Part shown: in pieces, positions 50,870-60,194 of the stretch
Position numbering within the stretch: position 1 is the stretch's first letter
Layout: every line of letters starts with the position of its first letter
Assembly (NCBI GenBank): GCA_965238005.1
Contig: OZ250165.1
Span: forward strand, 2,848,001 to 2,912,000
DNA length: 64,000 nt
From: Longimicrobiales bacterium
Lineage (GTDB): Bacteria; Gemmatimonadota; Gemmatimonadetes; Longimicrobiales; Gaopeijiaceae
Direction of reading: 5' to 3'
The notes under the pieces: model-generated
What the model was told of the DNA's origin: nothing
What the model saw: the letters and a program-made list of their open reading frames with translations, nothing else
Database searches by the model: none
Program-made: the position numbers and the translations under genes

Positions 50870-51871
50870 CTAACTCCCCGCCCCGCGGACGGCCCTGCGG
50901 ACCAGATTCCGCATCATCGGGACCTTGAAGTCGTTGTGTCTCAGGGGCTGGGCCTTCGCAATGGCGAGCTCACCGGCCCGAATCCCGAGATCGTCCGACG
51001 GCGTCTGGCCCTGAATCAGCGATTCCGCCGACGCCAGCCGGACTGGATAGGGAGCGACTCCGTTCACGGACAGGCGCGCTTTCCCGATCACGCCGCCATT
51101 CATACGCATGGCCGAGGCCACGGCCACGAGAGCGAAGTCCCACGCCTTGCGGTCCTCCAACTTCTCGTAATAGAACCGGGCCCCCGCCCACCGGGCAGGC
51201 AGCCGTATCGCGGTCAACAGCTCGCCGGGCTTCAGAACCGTCATGCGCTCGATGTCGACGCTGGGCCGCATGAAGTAGTCCTCGGCATCGACGACGCGCT
51301 CTCCCCTGGGACCCTGGATCACGAACTGGGCATCCAGAGCGATGAGAGCGGGAGCCGTATCCGAAGGGTTCACCGCAACGCAACGACTCGAGCCCATGAT
51401 GCAGTGCTCGCGGTTCATGGCCGTGGGCGCCGACGCGTAGCACGTGTTGCCGCCGGCCCGGTAGCAAGGCCACCCACCCCGGTAGTACCAGCAGCGCGTG
51501 TCCTGTGAGAGGTTGCCACCCAGCGTGCCACGGTTCCGGATCTGCGGCGTGGCGACGCCAGCCGCGGCGTCCGTGAGGACACTGTAGCTCGACATCAGCT
51601 CCGGGTGGGTCGCCACATTCGTGATCGTGGTCATGGCCCCGATCTCGAGCCCGTCGCCCGTGGAGCGAACGCCCCGCAGCTCGTCCAGGTTCACGAGATC
51701 GACGACCGCGGCGGGTCGCTTGATGCGGTCCTTGAACCAGTCGAAGCTGTCCAAACCGCCGGACAACACCCAACCATCCTCACCGTACCGATCCAACAGG
51801 TCGATGGCATCGTCGACGCTCGTCGGCTGGAAGAGCTCGAACGCCGGGATCATGTCTCTGATGACCGCCAT
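50870..51871 (-). CDS. Xanthine-dehydrogenase-family FAD subunit (PaoB/YagS-like, 4Fe-4S insert)
   Basis: IGAMTT, QIRNRGTLGGNL, RCWYYR..CYRAGGNTC..CVAVNPSD, WDFALV. Confidence 0.93.
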   Translation of the reverse strand: MAVIRDMIPAFELFQPTSVDDAIDLLDRYGEDGWVLSGGLDSFDWFKDRIKRPAAVVDLVNLDELRGVRSTGDGLEIGAMTTITNVATHPELMSSYSVLTDAAAGVATPQIRNRGTLGGNLSQDTRCWYYRGGWPCYRAGGNTCYASAPTAMNREHCIMGSSRCVAVNPSDTAPALIALDAQFVIQGPRGERVVDAEDYFMRPSVDIERMTVLKPGELLTAIRLPARWAGARFYYEKLEDRKAWDFALVAVASAMRMNGGVIGKARLSVNGVAPYPVRLASAESLIQGQTPSDDLGIRAGELAIAKAQPLRHNDFKVPMMRNLVRRAVRGAGS

Positions 51872-51886
51872 GATTCGCTTCTCCCT

Positions 51887-54283
51887 TTAGACGTGAAGGT
51901 CGAGGGGGCCGTACGCCGGCGGACGGCCCTCTATCTCGGCAAGGATGACATCCGCGGTCAGTGGCGTTCGACACAAGCATTTGCCGCCTAGTGCGTCGGC
52001 GATGGCCGACGTGAGGGCCGCAGAGCCCGCTCCTACGGGCGGCTCTCCGATCCCCTTGGCGCCGACCGGCGTCTGCGGATCGGGGATCTCCACAGCGGCC
52101 CACTCCATGTCGATGGGCACGTCGAGCATCCCTGGCGGCCGGGCCGTATAGAGGCGGTTCGCGAAAGACACGCCCCAGACCGGGTCGAAGACCCACTTTT
52201 GGCTTCTGGCGATGCCCATGCCCTGGATGGAACCGCCGAGGATCTGGCCTCCGAGGCTCCGGGGATGGAGCACGGTGCCGCAGTCGGCCACGGCGGTGTA
52301 CTTCACGATGTCCACCTGGCCGGTCTCGACGTCCAACTCCACCTCGGCGAAGCCCACGACCCAGGACTGGACTCCACCCTCGCGGGGGTAGTTGTCCTTG
52401 GCCACGGCCACCAGACCCTGGCCGGCCAGCCCCGCAGCGGCGGCCTTCGTCATGTCGTTGAGATCGTCGGCGACCTCCTCGCCGCTGTACCGCCCACCCA
52501 GCTCCATGGCGCGGGTTGCGGCCCTCGCGAAGCTCATTCCCGTGGACGGGCTCGAGCGACGGAAGACCCGGCCGTCGGCGGTATCGTAGTCTCCGGGTGA
52601 CCCGCCCAGATCACGGGCGGCGATCTCCTGGAGCAGGCGCTTGGCCGCCGTCCCCACAGCGTGGTTCGCCCTGGTATGGGCGAACGTGGTTTGGCTGCCG
52701 GCCTGCACGGAGCTCCACGGCACGTGGCGGCTCGTGTCGCCCCACACGACTTCGACGTCGTCCCAGGCGACGCCCAGCACGTCGGCGGCCGCCCGGGCCG
52801 TATCGGCGAGAGAGTGGGTCCCCAGGTTCCCGATTCCCTGGTGGATGTACACCTTGCCGTCGGCGCGAATGACCAACAGCCCGTCGAAGCCCGAGCTGCC
52901 GGCGGTATACGGGCTCACTCCGACCCCGATGCCCGTGACCTTGGAACCGTTTCGCTGCCCGCTCCTCGCCATCCTCTCGTCCCAGCCGAACAGCTCGGCG
53001 CCCTTGTCGATGGCTTCGCGGACGAAGACGCTCGTAAGGCCGGTCTGGCGCGCACCGAAGAGCACATCGCCACCGGGCGCGTTAACTCGCCTGAGCTGCA
53101 GGCGATCCATCCCGAGCTCACGGGCCGCCTTGTCCATGAGCGGCTCGAGCATCCCGATGATCTGAGCTCCTCCGGGGCCCCGCTGAGCCGCCTTGGGCGG
53201 CGTGTTGGTGTACACCGCGACCCCACGATGCCGCTGGTTGAGCGGCGTGTACGTCAGAGAGGCGGTCGATCCCGCGGACATGTTGTCGCCGGAGCGGCCG
53301 TACGGCCCGCCGTCCCCGAGAATGTACATGTCCAGCGCCGTGATCCGGCCATCGGCGCGGAAGCCGATCTTGACCTGCGCCTGGAAGCCCGGGCGGGCTC
53401 GGCCGATGTAGTTCTCTTCGTAGCGATTGATCCGCATCATTACGGGGCGGTTGATCTTACGCGACAAGAGCGCCGGGATCAGCATGTGGACGCTGCCCGA
53501 GATCTTGCTCCCGAAGCCGCCTCCGCAGAACTCGCCGACCAGTACCACGTCCTCGAGGTCCATGTCGAGCATACCGGCCACCGCCGCTCTCGTCCTCGCC
53601 ACGCTCTGCGTGGAGGTGTGCATGTAGAGCTTGCCGTTCTGCCAGTACGCCATGGTGGTGCGGGGCTCCATGGGGTGATGCGTCAGCGACTGGTGGACGA
53701 TGGTCTCGTCGATGATCAGGTCGGCCTCTGCAAAGCCCGCCTCCACGTCTCCGACGCTCCACTCGGCGCCAGGCTCACCCATGGGGAGAGTCCCCTCGGG
53801 GGCGTTGGCGAAGTCCTCCTCGGTCCACTTGATGGTGGCGATGTCCCGCCCGACCATCGTGTTGCCGTCGAGACGGGCGCTGGGTCCGTCCGGCCTGAGA
53901 CTGTCCAGCGGGTTCAACACGAACGGCAAGGGCTCGAAGTCGACCTTGATCGCCTCGACGGCGTCCGCGGCCGTCGTCTCGTCCACCGCCGCCAGGGCGA
54001 GGACCGGCTCCCCCTCGTAGTGCGGCTCCATGGTGAGACACGCCTCTCCGGGAGCGTCGACGGCCGGTATGTCGTCGGCCGTGAGGATGCCCACGACCCC
54101 ATCCATGGCGAGTGCCGCGCTGGCGTCGATGCGCCGGACGCGGCAATGGGGCATGGGGCTCACCAGGAGCTTGGCGAACAACATGCCGTCGACCCTGAAG
54201 TCCTCCGCATACTTGGCCCGACCCGTGATCTTCGCGTAGAGATCGGGAGGGGCGATGTCCTGTCCTACCAGTTTCTCGGCCAT
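51887..54283 (-). CDS. Xanthine-dehydrogenase-family molybdopterin-binding subunit
   Basis: KITGRAKYAED, HPMEP, GGGFGSK, EVELDVETG, GQILGG, AKGIGEPP. Confidence 0.95.
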   Translation of the reverse strand: MAEKLVGQDIAPPDLYAKITGRAKYAEDFRVDGMLFAKLLVSPMPHCRVRRIDASAALAMDGVVGILTADDIPAVDAPGEACLTMEPHYEGEPVLALAAVDETTAADAVEAIKVDFEPLPFVLNPLDSLRPDGPSARLDGNTMVGRDIATIKWTEEDFANAPEGTLPMGEPGAEWSVGDVEAGFAEADLIIDETIVHQSLTHHPMEPRTTMAYWQNGKLYMHTSTQSVARTRAAVAGMLDMDLEDVVLVGEFCGGGFGSKISGSVHMLIPALLSRKINRPVMMRINRYEENYIGRARPGFQAQVKIGFRADGRITALDMYILGDGGPYGRSGDNMSAGSTASLTYTPLNQRHRGVAVYTNTPPKAAQRGPGGAQIIGMLEPLMDKAARELGMDRLQLRRVNAPGGDVLFGARQTGLTSVFVREAIDKGAELFGWDERMARSGQRNGSKVTGIGVGVSPYTAGSSGFDGLLVIRADGKVYIHQGIGNLGTHSLADTARAAADVLGVAWDDVEVVWGDTSRHVPWSSVQAGSQTTFAHTRANHAVGTAAKRLLQEIAARDLGGSPGDYDTADGRVFRRSSPSTGMSFARAATRAMELGGRYSGEEVADDLNDMTKAAAAGLAGQGLVAVAKDNYPREGGVQSWVVGFAEVELDVETGQVDIVKYTAVADCGTVLHPRSLGGQILGGSIQGMGIARSQKWVFDPVWGVSFANRLYTARPPGMLDVPIDMEWAAVEIPDPQTPVGAKGIGEPPVGAGSAALTSAIADALGGKCLCRTPLTADVILAEIEGRPPAYGPLDLHV

Positions 54284-54292
54284 GATGCCCCC

Positions 54293-54928
54293 CTAAGCCC
54301 GCTGCCGGGCATACTCGGCAGCCCGCATGGCGGAAGTCAGGATCTTGTCGTAGTCGGCGCAGCGGCAGAGGTTGCCCGAGAGCGCGTGCGCCGCCTCTTC
54401 ACGTGTGGGGTTCGGATTGGCCTCGACCATGGCCACCATGCTCATGATGAAGCCGGGTGCGCAGAAGGCGCACTGGAAACCACCCTCGTCCAGAACTGCC
54501 TGCTGGACCGGGTGGAGCGTGCCGTCGGGGCTCTCCAGCCCCTCGATGGTCGTGATCTCCTGCCCGCGGACGGTGTGCGTCAGGACCGAGCATGAGTAGC
54601 TCGGCACGCCGTCGATCAGCACCGTGCAAGCTCCGCATTCGGCTCGATCGCACCCGAACTTGGTGCCCGTGAGCCCGAGCTTGTAGCGGAGGGTCAGGGC
54701 CAACGTCTCCTGCTTCAGCACGTCTACGCGACGCTGCTGACCGTTCACGTTGAGCGTCACCAGCCTCTCCACCGAACCCTGAACCGGCAGGGCACCCAAG
54801 AGCGGTCTCGACCCCCTGAACAAATAGCCCGCCGAAGAGGTCGTCGCCCCCGCGGCGATGACCCCCATGATGAACGTCCTTCTGGAGACCGTGCGCTCCG
54901 GAGTGCCGATGATCTCGACGTCGCTCAT
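54293..54928 (-). CDS. 2x[2Fe-2S] subunit with Tat signal (PaoA-like)
   Basis: SRRTFIMG twin-Arg; GCDRAECGACTV, QCAFC, NLCRC. Confidence 0.93.
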   Translation of the reverse strand: MSDVEIIGTPERTVSRRTFIMGVIAAGATTSSAGYLFRGSRPLLGALPVQGSVERLVTLNVNGQQRRVDVLKQETLALTLRYKLGLTGTKFGCDRAECGACTVLIDGVPSYSCSVLTHTVRGQEITTIEGLESPDGTLHPVQQAVLDEGGFQCAFCAPGFIMSMVAMVEANPNPTREEAAHALSGNLCRCADYDKILTSAMRAAEYARQRA

Positions 54929-55039
54929 GGAGCCTACCCCCCTTACGTGAATACAAAGGAAGAAGAACTGGCGGCCCTCCGCCCGCCAAGGGAACAAGAT
55001 ACAGGGGAAGCCCGCTGCGGGCGAGGACAGATCGGGGTC

Positions 55040-56161
55040 TTACGCGACCTCACGTCTGAACCGCAGAGTCGCCAGGGTCAGGAGGGTGAGCCCCAGGAGC
55101 AGGAGCGCCACGAACTGCGGCCAAAGGACATCGATACCGATCCCCTTGAGGAAGATGGCCCGCACGATCTCGAGGTAGTGCCGGATCGGGTTCAAGATCG
55201 TGATGTCCTGGAAGATCTCGGGCATGCTGGACACGGGGAACATGAACCCGGACAGAAGCAGGGCGGGCATGAACACCAGGAACGTGCCCATGAAGGCCTC
55301 TTGCTGCGTCTTGGAGACCGTGGAGATGAGCAGACCCATCCCCAGGCCCGCCACCACATATAGGACGCTGGCCACAAACAGGAGGAGGAGGCTGCCCCGA
55401 AGAGGCACGCCGAACCAGAGGACCGCCACCGTCGTCACCAGGACCAGATCTCCCATCCCGATGATCCCGCAGGGCAGTGTCTTTCCGATGATGAGCTCGC
55501 CGGCCGTGAGTGGACTGACCTTGAGCTGTTCCAGCGTTCCGATCTCCCGCTCCCGCACCACGGCCAACGAGGTGAGGAGGAGGCAGACGAGCATGATGAG
55601 GGTCCCAACCACCGCGGGAACGTTGTAGTTGCGGCTGGCCAGCTCGGGGTTGTACCAGGCCCTTTCGCGCAGATCCACGGGAAGTCTGACCCCCGTCATC
55701 GCCCGCTCCACTGCGCGCCCCTCGATGATGCGGGTGATGTAGCCCTGGGCCACAGCAGCAGTGTTGGAATTGGTGCCGTCGAGGAGCACCTGAACTTGCG
55801 CGCCACCACCCCCCAGCCGCCCTTGGGCGTACCCCCGTGGGATCTCCACCCCGACGATCGCCTCCCCACGGTCCAGGGCCCTGACCAGGTCCCTGGGCGT
55901 TTGCGATCGACCCGTAACCTCGAAGTATCCGGAGGCCGTCAGGGCCGACACTAACTCCCGCGACTCACGCGTGTTGTCCTGATCCACCACAAAGGTCGGC
56001 GTGTCGGCGAGATCGGTGGAAACGGCGTATCCGAACGCCACGAGCTGGATGATAGGAGCCACGAAGATCACCCGTGCCATCCTTGGGTCTCGGAAGATCT
56101 GCAGGAACTCCTTGGCCAGAAGGCCGAACACCCGCTCGAGTCCACCGGTCACCCGGTTCAC
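55040..56161 (-). CDS. ABC-2 permease (YbhR-like)
   Basis: KEFLQIFRDPR, DGTNSN, WYNP, REREIGTLEQL; GTG start at 56161. Confidence 0.92.
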   Translation of the reverse strand: MNRVTGGLERVFGLLAKEFLQIFRDPRMARVIFVAPIIQLVAFGYAVSTDLADTPTFVVDQDNTRESRELVSALTASGYFEVTGRSQTPRDLVRALDRGEAIVGVEIPRGYAQGRLGGGGAQVQVLLDGTNSNTAAVAQGYITRIIEGRAVERAMTGVRLPVDLRERAWYNPELASRNYNVPAVVGTLIMLVCLLLTSLAVVREREIGTLEQLKVSPLTAGELIIGKTLPCGIIGMGDLVLVTTVAVLWFGVPLRGSLLLLFVASVLYVVAGLGMGLLISTVSKTQQEAFMGTFLVFMPALLLSGFMFPVSSMPEIFQDITILNPIRHYLEIVRAIFLKGIGIDVLWPQFVALLLLGLTLLTLATLRFRREVA

Positions 56162-57282
56162 TGGATCTCCTTCTTGAACGCCCGGGTCGCACCGAAGATG
56201 CCCAGGACCGCGAAGGCGATCATGAGCAGGCCCTCGGTGGCCAACACCTCGACGCCCACACCCTTCAGGAACAGTCCCCGGGTCACCACAAGGAAGTAGC
56301 GGGCGGGAATCAGGTAGGTGATCGCCTGCAGGGCCGGAGGCATGACCTCGATGGCGAACATAAATCCGGAAAGCAGAAATGCCGGGAGAAACGTGAGGAT
56401 CATCGCCATCTGGGTGGCCAGAAGCTGTGAGCGCGCCACCGCCGAGATGAACATCCCCATTCCCAGGGCTCCCAAGATGAACGCGAGCGAAAAGATCATC
56501 AGGAGGCCGGCGCTGCCCCGGAAGGGAACGTCGAAGAGAAACACACCGATGACGCTCACCAGGGCCACGTCGATGATCCCGATGGCCACGTAGGGAAGCA
56601 GCTTGCCCAGAACCACCTCGAGCCGATGGACCGGGGTGGACACGAGCTGCTCCATCGTACCCCGCTCCCACTCCCGGGCGATGGTGAGAGAGGTGAGCAT
56701 GGCGGCGATGATCATCATGATGACCGCCACGAGCCCCGGGACGATCATGTTCTTGCTCAGGAGCTCCTCGTTGTACCAGACCCGGGTCTGTGCGCGGATC
56801 ATCGGGGGGAGCTCGGCTCCCTGCAGCAGGACATCGGTGGAGAATGAACGGACGATGGCCTGGGCATATCCCAACGCGATGGTCGCCGTATTGGCGTCGC
56901 TGCCGTCGACGAGGATCTGGAGCTTGGCGGACCGCCCCCCGTCGAGATCCCGGGCGAAGTCACGCGGTAGCACGATGGCCACGAGGGCCTCGCCCCGGTC
57001 CAGTACCTCCTCCACCTGCCCGTGGCGCGTCAGCCGCCGCACCACCGTGAAGTAGCCCGACGCCTCGAAGGCATCGAGCAGCTCCCGGCTCCGACTGGAT
57101 CCGTCCAGGTCCAGTACGGCCGTACGAATGTCCTCGACGTCCCACGTTATGGCGTACCCGAAGATGACGACGAGGAGGGCCGGCAGGAGGAAGGCGAGCA
57201 AGAGGCTCCTGGGGTCGCGACGCAGGTGAAGAACCTCTTTCCGCGCCATGGCCATGAACCGCGTTCGGCTGAGCATGCTCAC
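56158..57282 (-). CDS. ABC-2 permease (YbhS-like)
   Basis: RRDPRSL, DGSDAN, REWERGTMEQL. Confidence 0.93.
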   Translation of the reverse strand: MSMLSRTRFMAMARKEVLHLRRDPRSLLLAFLLPALLVVIFGYAITWDVEDIRTAVLDLDGSSRSRELLDAFEASGYFTVVRRLTRHGQVEEVLDRGEALVAIVLPRDFARDLDGGRSAKLQILVDGSDANTATIALGYAQAIVRSFSTDVLLQGAELPPMIRAQTRVWYNEELLSKNMIVPGLVAVIMMIIAAMLTSLTIAREWERGTMEQLVSTPVHRLEVVLGKLLPYVAIGIIDVALVSVIGVFLFDVPFRGSAGLLMIFSLAFILGALGMGMFISAVARSQLLATQMAMILTFLPAFLLSGFMFAIEVMPPALQAITYLIPARYFLVVTRGLFLKGVGVEVLATEGLLMIAFAVLGIFGATRAFKKEIQ

Positions 57283-58232
57283 CCGCTCCTCGCCCCACCC
57301 TCGTCCCGGATGCGCGCCACGAACACGTCCTCGAGAGACGGCTTGATATGCTTCACGGACGTCACAGCGATGTCCGCCCGGGCCAGATGGGACCGGATGC
57401 GTTTGTCGGCGCCATCTCCCGTGTCCGTGGTCACGTGGAGAGAGCGGCCGTACATGGCTGCATCCACGATCCCCGAGGCACCGTCCAACGCCTGTACGGC
57501 CCGGGGCGGATGCTCGGCCCAGACCTCGAAGAGGGGCAGTTCCATGCCGGCCCGGAGCCCCGCCGCCGTGTCCAGGGCGATGAGGCGTCCCCGATTCATC
57601 AGAGCGAGCCGGTGGCAGTACTCGGCCTCTTCCATGTAGTGGGTCGTGACGAAGACCGTAGTCCCGCCATCCGCCAGCCCATAGATCAGGTCCCAGAACG
57701 CTCTACGTGAAATCGGGTCCACCCCGGATGTGGGCTCGTCCAGGAAGAGGATCGGTGGCTCATGGAGGACGGAGCAACCCAGGGCGAGCCTCTGCTTCCA
57801 ACCCAGGGGCAGCTCCCCGGTCATGCGGTCCCGGTGCTCGCCGAGCCCCGCCATCTCCACGACCCAGTCCGCCCTCTCCCGCCGGCGGTTCCGGGGAACC
57901 CCGTAGAGCCGTGAGAAGAAGCGGATGTTCTCTTCGACGGTCAGATCGGCGTAGAGGGAGAACAGCTGGGACATGTAGCCGATGCGGAGCTTGATGGCGC
58001 CGCGCTCTGTCTCCACGTCCAGTCCCGCCACGCGGCCCTCCCCCGAGGTGGGAGGGATCAGCCCGGTGAGCATCTTGATGGTGGTGGTCTTGCCTGCCCC
58101 GTTGGGTCCCAGAAAGCCGAAGATCTCCCCCGAGCGCACCTGAAACGACACCCGGTCGACGGCGACGAAGTCACCGAAGTGACGGGTAAGATCGCGGGCG
58201 ATGACCGCGTGCTCCGGGTCAGTCGGTCTCAT
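57279..58232 (-). CDS. ABC ATPase (YbhF C-half-like)
   Basis: GPNGAGKTT, LPLGWKQRL, DEPTSGVDP. Confidence 0.94.
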   Translation of the reverse strand: MRPTDPEHAVIARDLTRHFGDFVAVDRVSFQVRSGEIFGFLGPNGAGKTTTIKMLTGLIPPTSGEGRVAGLDVETERGAIKLRIGYMSQLFSLYADLTVEENIRFFSRLYGVPRNRRRERADWVVEMAGLGEHRDRMTGELPLGWKQRLALGCSVLHEPPILFLDEPTSGVDPISRRAFWDLIYGLADGGTTVFVTTHYMEEAEYCHRLALMNRGRLIALDTAAGLRAGMELPLFEVWAEHPPRAVQALDGASGIVDAAMYGRSLHVTTDTGDGADKRIRSHLARADIAVTSVKHIKPSLEDVFVARIRDEGGARSG

Positions 58233-59187
58233 GGCCTCCGTCTCGGCCGGCCCCGACCCGGTCCATGAACACGTCCTCCATCGACGGCTCGTCGATGGAC
58301 TCCACCACTACGTCCGAGAATCCCTGCGATTCGAGAGCGGCTCGGACCACGCCCGAGCCGGCCACTGCGTCCCCCACCACTACATGCAGCCGATCACCGA
58401 AGACGGATGCGCTGGTGACGAGCGGGGTCGCTCTCAGGACGTCCCGGGCCGCCCTCGACCGATCCCCGACACGGACGGAGAGCAGCCGACCAGCCAGCCC
58501 CTCTCGGAGAGCGTCGGGAGTATCCACGGAGAGGCTTGTGCCCGCCTGGAGGAAGGTCAGCCGGTCGAATCGCTCGGCCTCGTCCATGTAGGCCGTGCTC
58601 ACCACGACTGTCACACCCTCGTCCACCATCTCGTGGATGATCAGCCAGAGATCCCGACGGGATATGGGGTCCACGCCGAAGGTCGGCTCGTCCAGGAGCA
58701 GGAGGCTCGGGCGATGGATCAGGGCGCACGAGAGGCCGAGCTTCTGCTTCATCCCTCCGGAGAGCGCCTCCGCCCGGCGATCCATGAAGGGGGCGAGGCC
58801 CGAGAACTCGTAGAGTCGTGCGAGCCTCTCGGGCCGTTGGTCCCGGGGCACGCCGAAGAGGTCGGCGTAGAAGTCGAGGTTCTCGCTCACCGTGAGGTCG
58901 TGGTAGAGGCCGAAGCGCTGAGACATGTAGGCGATCCGTCCCTTGGCCGCTTCCGGATCGGCACGCATGTCCGTACCGAACACCCAGGCATGCCCACTCG
59001 AGGGAGGTAGGACGCCGGCGAGCATCCTCAGCGTCGTCGTCTTGCCGGCGCCGTCGGGGCCCACGAGGCCAAAGAGCTCGCCGGCGGCAACCTCGAGGGA
59101 CAGGCCATCCACGGCCACCAGCGGCCCGAACGCTCGGGTCAGGCCCTCGGTCCGAACCGCCCAGGTCACCCCCCCTCGGACACTCAC
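58219..59187 (-). CDS. ABC ATPase (YbhF N-half-like)
   Basis: GPDGAGKTT, LSGGMKQKL, DEPTFGVDP. Confidence 0.94.
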   Translation of the reverse strand: MSVRGGVTWAVRTEGLTRAFGPLVAVDGLSLEVAAGELFGLVGPDGAGKTTTLRMLAGVLPPSSGHAWVFGTDMRADPEAAKGRIAYMSQRFGLYHDLTVSENLDFYADLFGVPRDQRPERLARLYEFSGLAPFMDRRAEALSGGMKQKLGLSCALIHRPSLLLLDEPTFGVDPISRRDLWLIIHEMVDEGVTVVVSTAYMDEAERFDRLTFLQAGTSLSVDTPDALREGLAGRLLSVRVGDRSRAARDVLRATPLVTSASVFGDRLHVVVGDAVAGSGVVRAALESQGFSDVVVESIDEPSMEDVFMDRVGAGRDGGHETD

Positions 59188-60194
59188 GGAACCGCACCGC
59201 CCTCGTCCAGGCGCACGTCCGCGGGCATGCCCGGCTTGAGCTCGAAGCCCGGGTCGCCCACCACCTGGACTCTCACTGCATAGACGAGCTTCACTCGCTC
59301 TTCGGGCGTCTGGACGTTCTTGGGCGTGAACTCGGCCTCCGAAGCGATGAAGGTCACGCGCCCGTCATAGGTGCGGTCGGGATAGCTGTCGGAGGTGATG
59401 GTGGCCCGCTGTCCCAGCGCGACCCTACCGATCCGGTCCTCCCGCACGTAGATCCGCACCCAGCGGTCGTCCGGGTTCATTAGCGTTAGGACGGGAGCGC
59501 CCGGCGGGGCCGTCTCACCCGGCTCCCGGTGCCTCACGGTCACCACGCCGTCGAACGGGGCCGTGATCGTCGCGAAGGACAGCACGGCGTCAACGACCTG
59601 GATCCCGGCCTCGGCCGCCGCCACCTGTGCGGCCTGGGCCTCGACTCTCTCCGGGCGGGGTCCGGCCTCCAGGAGTCGCAGCGCTTCACGACGCTCGTCG
59701 GCCTGGATCCGAGAGAGGCTCAGGGCGAACTCGCTCTTCTCCAGGGCCTCCTTGCTCACGGCCCCGCCGTCATGCAGAAGCCGGGCCCGCTCCAAATCGC
59801 GCTCGGCGTCGCCCACCTGCGTCTCGGCCGCCCGGAGGCCGGCACGCCCCTGGGCGATCTCCTCCTGCCGGAACCCACTCCGGAGCTCCGCCAATCCGGC
59901 TCGCGCCGCCGCGAGCTGAGCCACCAGCTGAGCACGGCGCGCGTTGATCTCGGAACGGTCGAGGCTCGCCAGCGCCTGGCCGGCCGTGACGCGGTCACCC
60001 TCCCGCGGGCCGATATCCTCGATCCGGCCTGCCGCCTGGAAGGCGAGCTGGCCCTCGGTGGCCTCCACCGTCCCGGAAGCCGTGAGCTCGTCCCCGACCT
60101 CGTCGTCCCGCAGGAATCCGAACCACAGGATGGCACCGGCGACTGCCAACACGACCACCGCCAGAACACGTCGAGGGGGTCGACGTCCGCTCAT
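59184..60194 (-). CDS. HlyD-family membrane fusion protein (YbhG-like)
   Basis: SGTVEA, APFDGVV, AEFTPKNVQT, LKPGMPAD. Confidence 0.94.
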   Translation of the reverse strand: MSGRRPPRRVLAVVVLAVAGAILWFGFLRDDEVGDELTASGTVEATEGQLAFQAAGRIEDIGPREGDRVTAGQALASLDRSEINARRAQLVAQLAAARAGLAELRSGFRQEEIAQGRAGLRAAETQVGDAERDLERARLLHDGGAVSKEALEKSEFALSLSRIQADERREALRLLEAGPRPERVEAQAAQVAAAEAGIQVVDAVLSFATITAPFDGVVTVRHREPGETAPPGAPVLTLMNPDDRWVRIYVREDRIGRVALGQRATITSDSYPDRTYDGRVTFIASEAEFTPKNVQTPEERVKLVYAVRVQVVGDPGFELKPGMPADVRLDEGGAVP

